A DNA stretch of 64,000 bases from Prorocentrum cordatum (lineage: Eukaryota), in contig CAUYUJ010000284.1 of the NCBI GenBank assembly GCA_963575745.1, positions 1 to 64,000 on the forward strand. Direction: 5' to 3'. The stretch's first letter is position 1; each line of letters opens with the position of its first letter. Positions 25,130 through 39,020 of this stretch are shown one piece after another. Below the pieces are notes generated by a model. That model was not told where the DNA came from, did not search any database, and saw only the letters and a list, made by a program, of their open reading frames with translations. A program made the translations under genes and the position numbers.

Positions 25130-25291
25130 CGACCTGCTGATCAGCCTCGACTGTAGAATCCAGGACTCCCCAGCCTGGCCCGCCCCTCGGGCTGCGCCCG
25201 ACCCGAAAGGCACGATTTGGCCGACCTGCTGATCAGCCTCGACTGTAGAATCCAGGACTCCCCAGCCTGGCCCGCCCCTCGGGCTGCGCCC
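25130..25291. repeat. Local direct duplication (period 92 bp)
   Basis: CGACCTGCTGATCAGCCTCGACTGTAGAATCCAGGACTCCCCAGCCTGGCCCGCCCCTCGGGCTGCGCCCG occurs at 25130 and 25222. Confidence 0.9.
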
Positions 25292-26240
25292 GGCCGTGGC
25301 CGCCAGGGCTCCCCATGGAGGCCCAGACAGGGCCGAAGGTCTGAATGCCCGGCACGGGCGTTCGGGATGGCACAGATAGTCCCCCCCCCCCTCTTGGGTT
25401 CGAGGAGAGGGGGGGGATGGGCGCGTGCCGTCGGGGCGGGATTGGGGAGGGGGGGATGGCAATTCTGAGACCCGAGTTCCTGGGCCAGGTGGGGCGGGGG
25501 GAGGGGCACGTTGAGGGGCAGTTGGGGGGCAGTTGGGGGGCAGTTGGGAATTCTGGGCGCACGTTGAGGGGCAGTTGGGGGGGATGGGGACGTTCCGTCG
25601 GAGGGCCAGTCGCCCCCCCCCTCCCCGATGATTGTGCCATGCGGAGCACGGAAGAAGTGGGCACGATGCCCAAGGCTCAAAGTTGTGCAAAACCGACAGC
25701 GGCCGCTCTTGGGCAGGCGGCCTTTCTGTCTCGAAGGGACAGGGTCCGCAGCGACGCCGAAAGCGAACCCCCGTCTGATCAGCGATAGAAGGGCCCCTAA
25801 CCCTGTGGGAGGGGACCTAAGTCAGGAGGGCCGAACAAATGGGGGATAGGGGGTCGTTTCTGCAGACTTGCCAAACCAAGGGCTCTTTTCTGCCATAGAT
25901 CGAGATTGAAGCGGCGGGCATAGATCGCCGAGAGGTCGGCGATCAGCATGCTCCTCGGCGGGGTGGGCCTATGGGGCCCCTATCGGCGACGACTGGGCGA
26001 CAGGGGGCCGAGGCATCCCCCCTGAGCCTGGCCCAGCAGGGGCCCAGCACCCCCCCCGGTGTGGCCTCTGACGAGGCGCCCATCACGATTCGCAGGCGAA
26101 AACCCAGGCCTGGAGGGAGGCCAGGAGACTGGAGGCGGCCGGGGGGTCTGCACTGGGCGGGAGTCCGGAGAAGCCGTCCACGAGAGGGGAGGCCGACTCC
26201 ACTCAAAATCGGTCCCGGGTACCCCTCCTGGGGTCCACCT

Positions 26241-26409
26241 TGGGAGGGCTACAAACAATACACCACCACCAGCCCTGGCCAGGCCTATCTTGGGCCCTGG
26301 ACTGGTGTGCAGGCCTTCCTGGCCCAGGCTAGGAGGTCCGTACACCGATTCAGGGCCCAGGAAGTGTTTGGCCAGGGCTGGTGGTGGTGTATAGTTGGCG
26401 TCCCTCCGA
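26241..26409. mobile_element. 169-bp MITE, 5-bp TSD
   Basis: Ends TGGGAGGG / CCCTCCGA; inner perfect IR TACACCACCACCAGCCCTGGCCA; TSD CACCT / CATCT (1 mismatch). Confidence 0.7.
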
Positions 26410-26796
26410 CATCTGGCGCAGATTTCTTCACCCCGAAATCGTGTTTCACTGCCCCCGACCCCCAGACAGCTCCAACCCGGAACCTGGAATCGGCGGCGAG
26501 CGAAGGGGGACAGGTGAGAAGGAGAAGGCCTCCTCAGGAGGCGGCGGGACTTCCGCGGAGACACAGAGCCCTGGAATCGGCGGCGAGCGAAGGGGCGAAG
26601 TGCGGAGAAGAAGGCTGTCTCAGAAGACAGCGGGGCTTCTCAGAAGCCCTCCAGCTTGCCGAAAAGTGTTCCGTGCGTCCCTGGGGAAGGCTCAAAAAGC
26701 TTCTCGGAAAGCCGCGGGACGTCCGAGCCTTCTGAGAAGGCCCGCCCCTTCTCGCTTCCCGCCCGCGCAGGCCATCGGTGGAAGCAGGGCGAAGGA

Positions 26797-26853
26797 TTAG
26801 GTCGGGCACGTTCTCCCACAGGCGCATATTGGAGGAACACAAATAAAAATAGT

Positions 26854-26935
<82 letters not shown>

Positions 26936-27023
26936 TCAAACATTGGCAAAATGATCGAAAAGCCGTCCCCAGACTTTCTGTCTTTTTTGGATACTCCTCC
27001 TGTAGGAGAAGGCTCCGACTTCA
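26797..27023. mobile_element. hAT-like MITE copy with an internal ~75-nt poly(A)
   Basis: Family TIRs are present but degenerate; no matching TSD; poly(A) at ~26858-26932. Confidence 0.6.
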
Positions 27024-28434
27024 GAGACCTCAGGAAAAGATTCCGAACACATGGTCGACCAAGTAATCGAAAAGTCGCCCCCAAATCGTCTGCCTAACTG
27101 TTCTAGACTCTCGGTGACCTCTTCCCGACCTCTTCACCCACCCAGCTGGACAGCTCTCCCCCCACCTCTTCACTCCAGTCCCCTCCTCCTCCCCGCCCTC
27201 CCCTCCCCCAACCGGCCCTCCTCCCCGCGGCCCTCTCCTCCTCCTCCTCCTCCTCCTCCTCCTCCTCCTCCTCCTCCTCCTCCTCCTCCTCCTCCTCAGA
27301 GGACTTCCTCCTATGGAGGGCCACGCCCGACTGAAGCGCAGGGGCGACAGCGCCGGAACCCGTCAGCCGAGCAGGCCGCTGGTCGGGCTGTGCAGGGTCT
27401 GGGTGCCTGCGGCGCCGCGGGGGGCGGCGGGCGCGCCGGGGGCCCGCCCGCCGAGCGGGGCCCGACCAGCGGGGTTCGGGAGCTCGCGCCGCGCCGCTCC
27501 TCCTCCTCATCCTTGGAGGGGAGGCTGACTCCAACATCAACGATGACTCCTGGGTTTACACTGGTTCTGCTCCTCCTGCTCCTCCTCCTCCTCCTCCTCC
27601 TCCTCCTCCTCCCTCCTCCTCCTCCGCCTCCTCCTCCGCCTCCTCCTCCTCCTCCTCTCCTCCGCTTCCCCTCCTCGTCCTCCAGCTCCTCCTCATTCCT
27701 CCTCCTCCTCCTCTTCCTCCTCATCCTCCTCCTCCTCCTCCTCCGCCTCCTCCTCCTTCTCCTCCTCCTTCTCATTCCTCCTCCCTCTCCTCCTCCGCCT
27801 CCTCCTCCTCCTCCACTTCCTCCGCCTCCTCCGCCTCATCATTCGCCTCCTCCTCCTCCTCCTTCTCCTCCTCCTCCTTCTCCTCCTCCTCCGTCTCCTC
27901 GTCCCCCGAAGCGTAAACAATGGCAACACTTTCACAGATGGAGGGCGGTCGGTTTTCAAAATGTGGTTCTCGCCTCAACGCCGCGCACATTCGCTTCAAA
28001 AATTGCAAGGGTTTCACGGAAGGACAGCAGCTCCTTTTCAAAATATTGCTCTCGCCTCAGCGCCGCGCACATTCGTTTGTAAAACTTGTAAGAATTTCGC
28101 TGGTTCCCATCATCAACGTACCAGAAACTGCATGTTGGAAGAATTCTGGACTACGAGGGTGCAACAGTTATTTGATTCGCGGTGTAGAAGTCCCAGGGAT
28201 GTCGTTCTGACATGATTCAAGATCGCCAAGGCGTAACAGTCAAATTGGTCCGTTGCGTTGGAATCCCGAGAACAATGTTTTGGCGTGCTTCAGGGTCTTC
28301 AAACGGTTGTCTTCCAACGAGGCAGCTCCCTCAGTGGAACTGAACCCGTGTATGAGGCCTATGAAGGGGGAGCTTGGAGGGAGGGTTGATGCCAACATCA
28401 TTGATGACTCTTGGGTTTACACTGGTTATGGTCC

Positions 28435-28575
28435 TTCTCCTCCTCCTCCTCCTCCTGCCCCTCCTCCTCCTCCTCCTCGTCCTCCTCCTGCCCCTCCTCA
28501 TCCTCATCCTCATCCTCGTCATCCTCCTCCTCCTCCTCCTCCTCCTCCTCCTCCTCGTCATCGCCATCGTCATCG

Positions 28576-28638
<63 letters not shown>

Positions 28639-28685
28639 GCATCATCATCATCATCATCATCATCATCACCATCATTATCACCATC

Positions 28686-28739
<54 letters not shown>

Positions 28740-28898
28740 GTCATCATCATCATCATCACCAGCATCAGCATCAGCATCATCATCATCAGCAGCAGCATCA
28801 AAGCATCATCATCACCGTCATCATCATCATCAACCTCACCATTACCATTATCATCATCATCGTCACCATCATCATCATCAGCAACAGCAGCATCCGAG

Positions 28899-28965
<67 letters not shown>

Positions 28966-28996
28966 GTCATCATCATCATCATCATCATCATCATCG

Positions 28997-29079
<83 letters not shown>

Positions 29080-29100
29080 TCTCGTCCTTCTCCTACTCCT
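28435..29100. repeat. Compound (CCT)n-(CAT)n microsatellite
   Basis: Direct reading; similar compound tract at 42380-43315. Confidence 0.95.
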
Positions 29101-29102
29101 CC

Positions 29103-29769
29103 TCCAGGCTTATAAGATGGGGCCGGAGCAGAGGGGCTCGGAAGACCGTGCCGCACCGCGGATGCATCGGCGATGTGGCCCCATGTTGACTATCTACCAG
29201 ACCACCTCAACCCAAACCGAAGACCCGAATTTCGGGTTGGGGGAGGTACGGGCCCCATATGTGTTTTTTCAGTGTTCCCCGACCCCCCCCTCGCGCCACT
29301 GCAAATGGGTGGCGACATGTGGAGCCCGAGCTTCTTCGCGCCAGCGTCGCCGATGCATCGCCGGCGTCGCCGGCGCGTCGCCGGTGCACATCTCGTCCAT
29401 GCTCAAAGAGGAGACAAGAACGTCATCAATAGAGGCGTTCGACGGTCCGCGCAGATTTCTCGGATCGGCGCCAGGAAAACCCGTGGCGGCGACTCCTGCG
29501 CCGCCCCTGACGCGCAGCGCGTGACAGGAAGGCGGGTCCAACGCAGATCCAAGAAATCCGCGCGGACCGTCAAAAGTTGATGTTGATGCCACTTTTTCCT
29601 CTTCGAATATAGCCGAGATACATCGGCGATGCATCGGCGACGCCGGCGATGCATCGGCGACGTCGGCGCGGAGACAGTCGGGCTCCGCATCGAGTCGCAT
29701 CGCCGATGCATCGGCGGTGCACGCAACCCTCCGACCCCATCTGCTCCAGCCCCATCTGATAAGCTGGGA
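29103..29769. mobile_element. CATCGGCGATG-family TIR element with nested fragments
   Basis: TIR TCCAGGCTTATAAGATGGGGCCGGAGCAGA / TCTGCTCCAGCCCCATCTGATAAGCTGGGA; internal GCATCGGCGA / TCGCCGATGC units; no TSD. Related copies at ~752-1374, ~7968-8183, ~19690-19880 and 62589-62955. Confidence 0.65.
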
Positions 29770-30269
29770 GGGAGGAGGAGGAGGAGGAGGAGGAGGAGGA
29801 GGAGGAGGAGGTGGAGGACGAGAAAGAGGAGGAGGAGGAGGAGGAGGAGGACGACGAGGAAGCCCATCTGGCCTCTGGCGAGCACGTGGATCCCGATCGA
29901 TACATCGGGGTCGGTCGCGCCTGCCGCCCGATCGGTCGCGGTGGCAGGGCACATCGCGCATCGACATCGCTCTGCGGCAGGGGGCCATCCGCGCCTCCCT
30001 GCACCCTGCCGCAGGCAGCGGCGCCCGCGACCGCGCTGCGGCCACCCCCGCGGCGGGACGCCGCGACAGGGCCGAGGCGGTGCTCCAGAAGGAGCTACGC
30101 ATCGGCGAGAGCAAGACAAACGTGGCAACGCTCGGGTGCTTCTGCGACTCTTTCAGGCGAAAGACATCCTCAACAGGCACCACTCGGTGCAGCAGCACCA
30201 GCGCAACCAGCAGCACTTGCAGCACTACGACCTCGACAATATGGCGAGTAGAAGCTCAGGAAGCCGACC

Positions 30270-32380
30270 TGCAAGACATCCAAATGGGGGACAGCCTTGG
30301 CAATGGAGGATGCAGCAAGGTAACGGCAACTGCCAGAAGGACCTTCAGAAGCCGCACGATGATAAGCAGCATGGATATCAGAACTACCATGACTGGCAGA
30401 AGAATGGATGGAAGAGCTCTCGCAAGAGGCCAACCTCACGTTAGACACCAAAGAAGCAAAACAATAGTGCACAGAGTAGCAACAACTACGACGACTACAA
30501 GATCCACCCAAGCGCGAAGCAATAGGAAATTGTCGGACGTATTTTGCCATCCACGATTTCAGTTGCACGCCAACATGAGAGCTTTACCTTCCCGCCCCAA
30601 GAGCCCGACATCAGAAGAATCCGGAGGGCGACCAAGAATTTCACGTTTCGCACGACTAGCAGATCAGGTCATCGGCACAGTGCAGGCCCAAGTGGATCCA
30701 AGCAGATTAGAACACGAAATAAGCATCACGAAGTGCACGATCGCCATGATGACAGAGCCAAGTCAGCGGGTTCACGATTGCCGACAACAGATCGCCAGCC
30801 TGCTGAACGGGAAGAGCGAGATCATGCACAAGAAGAAGGACCGTTCGAAAGCCTGCGTTCCCCGGTCAAAGATTCAAAAGGAATGCGAGGCCTCAAGGAG
30901 TTGCTAGACGACTCTAGTTGTGATGGAGACGAGGAAGATATTGATAAAGGAGAAGACACTAAGAAAACACGCTGCTGCACTCCATACCCAACTAAGAACA
31001 CCGACAGGAGGCCAAGTAAAGAACGAGAAGGCGGACAAGGAAGTGTCGAACAAAATGCTCAAGGCCCTCAACCAACGACTCGACCAGCATCAGTACTACA
31101 CGCTGGTCGGAAGAAGTAGGTAAAAACATGAAGTGGGAAGGCGGAGAAAGTCTATTGTGCCCAGGCCCTCCCAGAGAATAACAAAACACAGCAGAAGCAT
31201 GCCGATTCTTGAAGTAGGAAGGCGCTTGAAGTAGATTGGGAGCTGGGAATCTAAAAATACGTACTTTCAACGACCGGCGTGTATCAGACAGATAACCACC
31301 AGAACCTCGAGTATGTCCACAAACGGCACAAGGCACAGCCACTCCGCAACGAGGGGCTCAAGGAGCATCAGCTCGAGCGTGCACAGCAGAAGCAGCAGCT
31401 CATGGTTTACGAGCACGAAGCTGCCCAGAGGACCCTGCAAGTTACTGCCAACGCATTGAAGCGCCAGGAGCACGCACATCACTTCGAGATGGAGAAGACG
31501 ACAGCAGAAGGACGGATGCTTACTGAGGAGCTCGAGACAGAGATGCAGCACAAACTTCAGCACCAATTGAAGACGGGACAATCGGTGAACCACGATGGCA
31601 TGCACCGCATGGAAGTCGAGGAGATGAACCGCAAACTACATTACGAAATATCTATCATCGAACATAAGTACCGCGAAGAGATGGACTAGCACATCGCCAG
31701 CATCCAGGACCAGAAGCGGCAACAAGACAACGACAAACACAACCAGATGAAGATGAAAGAGAAGATGCTACATGACGAAGCCGTCCAACTCCAACGAGGA
31801 TACGGAGAAACGCGTCATTATGACAAGCTGCTGAAGACAGGGAGCAACTACATGCTGAACACCTCAAGGCACAATCCGAGATGACGCACGCATACCAAGA
31901 GGAGATCCAAAAGAGGAGCATCGCAGAACGGCAACGACAGCAATATTATTATATATGAGATTTTCAGCATGAGGCAGCAGACGCGGAACTCCGGGAATGC
32001 CCACGCCAAGGAGCAGCTACTCATTCAGTACGGAGAGATGCAGGCTCAATTCTCGGAGTACCAGGGCCACCAGTTTCGCCAGCTCGAGGAACAACACCAA
32101 CAGCGCGAGGCATTCCAGGCGTCGCTGGAAATGGAAGCACATCGTCACCGAGCCCAAGAACAACAGCTCGAAGAGGCTCTACAGAAAGCCCAAGCCACCC
32201 AGGACGACTTTGACAAAGACCTCTTCGGGAAGCTCATGCACGAACTCCAGGATCGGAAAGATTAACAACGACGAGATAAATTCCTGGAACAGATCGAAGA
32301 GACCCACATCCAGGAGGAGACGGAACAATGCCTGAACGCCGTCATAACAGGACCATGCGATCATCCGCTACCAGAGCATG
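30270..32380 (+). pseudogene. ORF1-like coiled-coil protein remnants
   Basis: Fragments rich in E/Q/K/H/M with helical character (e.g. LKEHQLERAQQKQQLMVYEHEAAQRTLQ; FRQLEEQHQQREAFQASLEMEAHRHRAQEQQLEEALQKAQ) broken by stops and frameshifts; located 5' of the enzymatic domains. Confidence 0.5.
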
Positions 32381-35300
32381 CCGCCTACATCTCGGAGTAT
32401 CCTGGAGAAGCAAGGGCCACTACTGCGAACGCGGCATCAAGCACAACGCCCGACAGCGACTTCAGCCTCTAGGACCTGGGCTTCGCACCGCAAGCCCCCA
32501 ACGACCCGCCACCGCCGCCCACCCCCCCCCAACCCCCCACTGACGACGACCCACAATGTCACCCCCTCATCCTTTCAAACGACGATGACTCCCACTCCTA
32601 TCGCCGACGACGGATACGGATCATCACTACGGGGGAGACCCAACACGCCCATCACCGACATTCAACACGACTCTGACCCTGCTGACGACGACATACACAC
32701 ACACTCAACGTGCACGCACTACGCCCACACCCACAGAACAACCAACCCCTTTCCAGCCACCTACCCCCAGCCGCGGCTACCGACAACAATACCATCTTCC
32801 CAGAAATACGCACCATGTCAGCCCCCCCTGTCTCCAGGCATGAAGACAGCGGATCGCCCCCCACACCCACAAACGCTATCCTAATCAACCTTGTCGACGG
32901 CAACGCACCAACTAGCGCCAACTCGACGACCCATCGCCAGCATCAGCCCGACTCAACCATTCGACCCAACGCTACCCCCACCAAGGTTCCACATCGGAAC
33001 TCCAGAGCGTTGCGCTTCAGCACCACCTCCACGCGCTGCACTGAAGAAGACAGACAGGACCACTAAGCGCAACACCGAGCCACCCAAGAAGGTCCGCATC
33101 TGCGACGCGGGCGATGGATTCGAGGACCCTGGGGACAGGCAGCCCAGCTTCATCGGCCACGACGGGGTGCCTGAGGGGCCTCTACCAAAAAACTAGATAC
33201 GCCGCTGCACCCTGGCGGGCAATTGGGCCAGGAATGCAGGACACGGCACACACCAAGAGAAGAAGACCCAACGAAGCGCACCGACCGAGACCCCTGCGTT
33301 GATGCTGTCGCGCTAACACTGGACCTCCACACAGAGCGACTGGCGAGCTCTGATCGACCACGCGACACCCAACCAATATCAATTTCACCTACCACCTACC
33401 CTACACTAGCTGCGACGCATGACCGCTGTACTTTGCAACCGGGGGCGGCAACACAGCAACATGGCACGCAGCGGCACCACCACTCAGCTCACAAAACCGA
33501 CAAAAAAGGAAAAAAATCAAAGGCCAACAAAACTAGTCATGTTCCAGAACCCCCATCACTCCCCCTACACCCCGACGCAGAGAGACGGCGACATCAAGAG
33601 CAGGAGAGCCACTCGCACGCCACTCCTGCACCAACGCTAGCAGGCGGGACACTAAAATTGGGACTGGGGAGACTCCCCTTAGCCCAACACGCTGATCGAC
33701 AGACGGGTGCCCAGGCTGGGGCGCCGACCACCAAGTCTCGATCCTCCGCCCCGCCCACGCAGTCACCACCAACCCCCAACATCAGTTCCAGGCTACCGCG
33801 CTCACTGGGCCGAGACGACCTCAGTCCACCCCGACCTGAGCGACCAGCGGCAACGCCACATACCATGACTGGCCACTTCGGCTCGAAGGCACAACAAATG
33901 TGTTCTTCTACCCGGAGGGCAGGTGATGAGACGCCGCAAGAGCGACGACCTCACAAAAGCACGAGGCATCACCAGACCCTGCACCCTCACTCCATCGCGG
34001 GCAGCAGCTTCGACGATATCGGGATGACCTCCCTTATCGACTCGTCTGGACATCGTAACAGAGGACACGACCACCGACGCGAGACCATTGCAGCGAACGG
34101 CGAAGGTACGGAGCACGGTGACACTAAGCTCGAGTGCTACCAGGAACCGAATCACGAGGCAAACATTCACGGCGACTCCACCCGCTCCAGCCACACCGAA
34201 CACATTGACAACATCAACGAAGTCACCGCAAGAAGACGTTTCGCTCAAGTACAACGGAATCCCCGCAAACGAAACCAAACACCTAACACTACCATCACTC
34301 CAACCTCCAACCGCTACAAAATCTTCGAGGCCATAAACGGAAACACGGAGCACTTCGAAACACAAAACGAACCTACAGACTTCCGACACTTCACCACACT
34401 ACATCAGCCACACGACGAATACAACGGACAGCAGGCAATCCAGAATGCATCCCTGGACACCTGCGCGGCCTCCAACGGCACTAGCGATAGAACAAAAGCC
34501 AGACAAACACGACCGACCTCGACCGCATCCGCGATGCAAACTTTCCGAGTCTACAAGACGTCGTTCCAGCGATCCACCGCGCACCTCCCCACGCCAACCA
34601 CCGTCGACAGCAAAGACCAACAAGAACACCCCCAACACAACCAAGACGACGCACCCGCACAACAACCACACCCGCACAACAACCACGAGAACATCGCAAC
34701 CACACCCAGCAGGCCGACGACAACGGGCAAAAACATCACCACCTTGGCGTCAGGACGCAGAGACCCGAGGAAGCCCCGACAGCGTGGGAACACCCCAGGC
34801 AGCGGTCGCCACGTGGAGCTGGAGGCGTTCGGACGCAAAGTCCTGGGGACGCCCCGAATGCGTGGACACGTCGCCATCCGAAGCTGGACATGACAGGACG
34901 TGCGAGGACGACGACGAACATCCATCGTGCACGGCACAGAGCGCGAGAAGAGACAAACACTACGATAGCACTCGCGCGCTGCGGAATCGACTCGACCTCC
35001 AGCAGCGACCACCAATGGCTGGCAGCAACGACGTACACCACCACCATCGACACAACCAAGACGACAGCCATCAAAAAAACACCCACCAACAGTGTCGCAG
35101 CGGCCCAGGCGAGGCAAGTATCAAACGTCGAGACGGGCTCGAAGGGCGGGGAGGCAGGACGAATACTGTCTGCGCCTGCCAGGGGGGATGGTGAGGGGCA
35201 GGGGTTCGCCCCCCACCTAGGGCACTGTGACCCCTAGCCATAGCGGGGCGAAGTGGGACCGCCGCGACTTCCACTTGGAGTCGGTGCATGGAGGCCAACC

Positions 35301-35643
35301 AGGTGCGCTAAACAACCACACACCACCACTTCCTACTACAAGCAGACCCCACCATCAACCTACAGCCGACACGACTTCCCCACAAACATCTACTCTCACA
35401 CCTGACCCTCACCACCAGCCAAGCGACCAGCCACAAGTTCACGCCTCCAGCCATGTACAGACACTCATCGCCAACCCACCTCAACACAACATCCACGTTG
35501 GCCCCAGAGGACCCATGAAAGACACTATCGCAAGTAGCAGGCCACCTGTGCTAACCTTCGAATTTGACGAACGGGCCATGAACGATACATTGGACTATGT
35601 ACTGCGGCACTTCCCATCACGCCCTCTACAACAGCAGCACCGA

Positions 35644-36069
35644 ATCCACCCCTTCACTGACGGATCGAAGCATCCCAAGCAGCCTGACGACGATGCGTGG
35701 GCCGTGGTCATCGTCGGTGAGGACCGCGACTTTATATTCCAGGGCGCCATCATCGGCACACATACAAAAGGTACTGACATCGTAGCGAGCGGACACGGGA
35801 ACGCCGAGACTACCTCGACCACAATGGAAAATACAGCACTCATAACGGCCTTCGCGTACGTCAGGTACATATACATGGACAGCACCATTACTATATTGAC
35901 CGACTCCCTCGGGGCTCTCAACCTGGCTACGCGAAAGGCTTGCACCCACGATTCCGAGCTGGTCAAAACCCTATGTACTTACTACGACATCGTCAAGGAT
36001 CGGATCGAACTTCGCCGTGTACACGCCCACGAACACAAGCCGTGGAACGAGCTGGCCGATAACGCAGGA
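35644..36069 (+). pseudogene. RNase H (type I) domain of the retrotransposon
   Basis: FTDGS ... TSTTMENTAL ... ILTDSLGAL ... VHAHEHKPWNELAD: all four D-E-D-D acidic residues and the His loop are present, within ORF 35227-36213. Confidence 0.9.
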
Positions 36070-36300
36070 TATCATGCACGCCTACAGCAGATTCCACACC
36101 CACGACCTGAATGGAGCGCAGCTATGGATGGGGCGTTTCAACGTGACTGGGAATTGCTGGTTCACGCCGACACCAACACCAAGCAGGCGTACCCGACACT
36201 ACTAGCAGATTGACTTCGAGCCCCACATGTAAGTACCGAAGCCGCAGCACCCCATATTAAGAGGACGTCCGAAGAAAGGATGCGATCAACGGAAGTGGAC

Positions 36301-36960
36301 ATTGCCTACGCCACATTCAACCTGGAGACAGGACGAGAACCACGAGCTGGCGCAAAAAAGAGATCTGACAAGATAATGCGACTAAAGAAACTCATGGCTA
36401 CGCTCTACGACGACGGCATCCACCTCATCGGAATCCAGGAAGCAAGGACGGTATGGGGCTCACGTGAGTCGTCCAATGCTACTTGCGTGAGCGCGGATAA
36501 CTAGTGTCATTGCCAGCGGCCACGAGTGGTTTTGACCATGTGATCTGCGTATGACATGCCCCGCATGGAAAGGCCAAACCACCCGACGAGAAAGAGTTCT
36601 GGAATGCACTCCACACCCTAGCCAGAAAGTGCAGCATCACGATTATGATGATCGACGCCAACGCGCGTACAGGAGACATTACGAGCACAGCCATCGGGCC
36701 AGCAGGACTTGCGCAACGGGAAGATAACAAAGGCATGCGCTTCCATGAGTTCGTACTGGCCCACCGCCTATCGGCAGTCAATACCTATCAGAGCGGAGGA
36801 GGCGACCACTACACATGCCAATCCAGCACCGAGGTCCACCGTATCGACTATACCGTTATTGCTACCAATATGTTGGAGTGAATTACCAGCAGTGCTACCA
36901 TATTCGGCATCGACAGCGACAACAACCGAAAGAGAAAGGACGACCACCTGCCTGTCCGAA
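36301..36960 (+). pseudogene. APE (EEP-fold) endonuclease domain, disrupted
   Basis: ATFN..GIQEART (frame 1), then HAP..FW..IDANARTG..N.G..F...AVNTY..HRIDY..DDHLPV (frame 3); frameshift, apparent deletion after QEART, in-frame stops. Confidence 0.9.
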
Positions 36961-37879
36961 CCACCTCGCAGTACCAAACTTCAACCATCCACAAGAGATT
37001 GGCACCTAGGCTCGATGAATGGAAGCTTCGAGATCAAGACCATAGGACCAAATTCGCCGACATCCTCGATAAGGTGCAGCACCCAGACTGGGACACGAAC
37101 GTCAATGACCATCTCAGCATCATTACTGAAGCCATGACTACTGCAACCCAACAAGTTTTTTGAAGTGAGCGCACTACCCCACGGAAACCTTTACATTACA
37201 ATGAGATCATTTACACTTTTGCGGGCGCGACGGGCTATTATCAAGACGATCAGGATAGTCAAGAGCAATGGACTAATATCCAAGCTATCAAGAAAAAGGC
37301 TCGATTACACCTCCAAAATGCTCGCGAACGACGCCCTGCTACCCGACCCGACAGACAACCTCTACCTGATAGACATCAGCAGCTGCATGTTAATCGTCAC
37401 GTCTGCCATCATCCTCGCTAAGAACAAGCAGCGCAAAGTCGCCCTCACCAGCGACCCTCAAAACCGCGAGTTCCAATATTTGTACGACAACCTATGCTAT
37501 CTCATCCACGACACAAACCGCACTACCAGGAGCTGGATAGAGCACGACAAGGACGACTTCCTAGACAAAATCGACATCGACATGAATACCTCCATCATCA
37601 CCAACACTCACAAGGACGAGTGGATCGCTGCAAGAAAGCTGCTGGCCTTTGGAAGGAAGCCGCCAAAGAACACTTGACTCCACTCATCAGAGTGTCGGCA
37701 GATGGAGAAATACTTACTAACGAGACCGACATCGCCAAGCACGCCCTCCGCTTCTACGGGAAGATCGAGCACAACACCGAGACCGGCGCAGCGGGAGCCG
37801 CCAGACACTACAAAGAGAAGAACGCAAGCGAGAAGCCCGATGCTGAGATCCAAAACATCATGACCAGAGGACATCTCAC

Positions 37880-39020
37880 CTCCACGCTAGCAGCAGCTCG
37901 CCCAGGACGCAGAGGAGGACCCGATGGACTTACGGACGACATGGCAAAAGCATCACCAAGCTCTATGGCGAGACTCCGCCACCCCACCCCAGTCAAGACG
38001 CAGGTGCAGTCCACCGAACCACTGGCCGCAATGGGGGGCTTCTCAACTCACTTCTACAAGGGCAACGGCTCAAAGGAGAAGCAGTCTTCATACCGAAGCA
38101 TCTTACTGAACAACACAATCAGGAAATTGAACTCGTCTTTCATGAGGTCTAATGTCAACGGTAGATTGCCATCATTACTTAAGGATGCACAGTGCGGAGC
38201 TAGACCGAGCATGGCCACGGACTTTGTCACCCACGCGGTCATGGCATTCACCACTGACTGCAACAACAAAGGCAGGTCTGGCGCGATCATCTTCTTAGAT
38301 GTACGTGAATGATGTCATGATGTGGTGAAAGAGTCTACTATGCGGCGAATCACAACGATGGATGACTTAGACACTCTCATCGACAACATAGAGATCCCGG
38401 CATGGCTACGACCCGCACTAGCCGAACAGATGCGACTGCCTACTTCAAGGAGCGACGACATCGACGACAAACACCTGTGCGCACCGATTGCAGACCACCA
38501 CACCTCCAACTGGATGACCGCTCGCGAAGCCACCCACTTCCAGACACCTAAGACGAGCACGCGACAAGGCGTACCATTCTCGGACATTGCCTTCAATCGA
38601 CGCTTCGCCCTACTCCTCAACGCGATCGACCGAGAGGCTCAACGCGAAGATACGGAATCAACGGGACACCCTACCCCGCCATGTGCCGACCCGATCTTCG
38701 ACAACGAACCCCATGACGGCGACAACCTCGTACATCCATCCGACGTTGACGACCGCACGAGACTCATCTCGACAGCGGATGCCACCGAGCTGGTCGACGC
38801 CACTACCACTGCAGCCACAAGCTTATGTACAGCAGCATTCACCTACGGCCTGAAGCCACACCCCGGCAAGACAAAAGCAATAATCAACCACTACGGCCGC
38901 AATGCAAAAAAAAGAACGACAACGACTTGCTAAAGACTTTGATCAACCACTTGGACCTGCCAAACCTTGATAGTAAGGTAAAGCTCACCGACCAGCAGAA
39001 GGCCCTGGGCACGGTCATTA
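37880..39020 (+). pseudogene. Non-LTR reverse transcriptase domain, disrupted
   Basis: GGPDGL, FYKGNG..SSYRSILL, Q.G.RP, IFLDVRE*CHDV (stop 38310-38312), TRQGVPFS..F, DVDD (38742-38753; YxDD equivalent), GL..HPGKT, KALG. Confidence 0.9.

Noticed and set aside
35227..36213. Stand-alone host rnhA gene
   Set aside because: Intronless, in frame with the APE start and embedded in the A+C-rich retroelement body.
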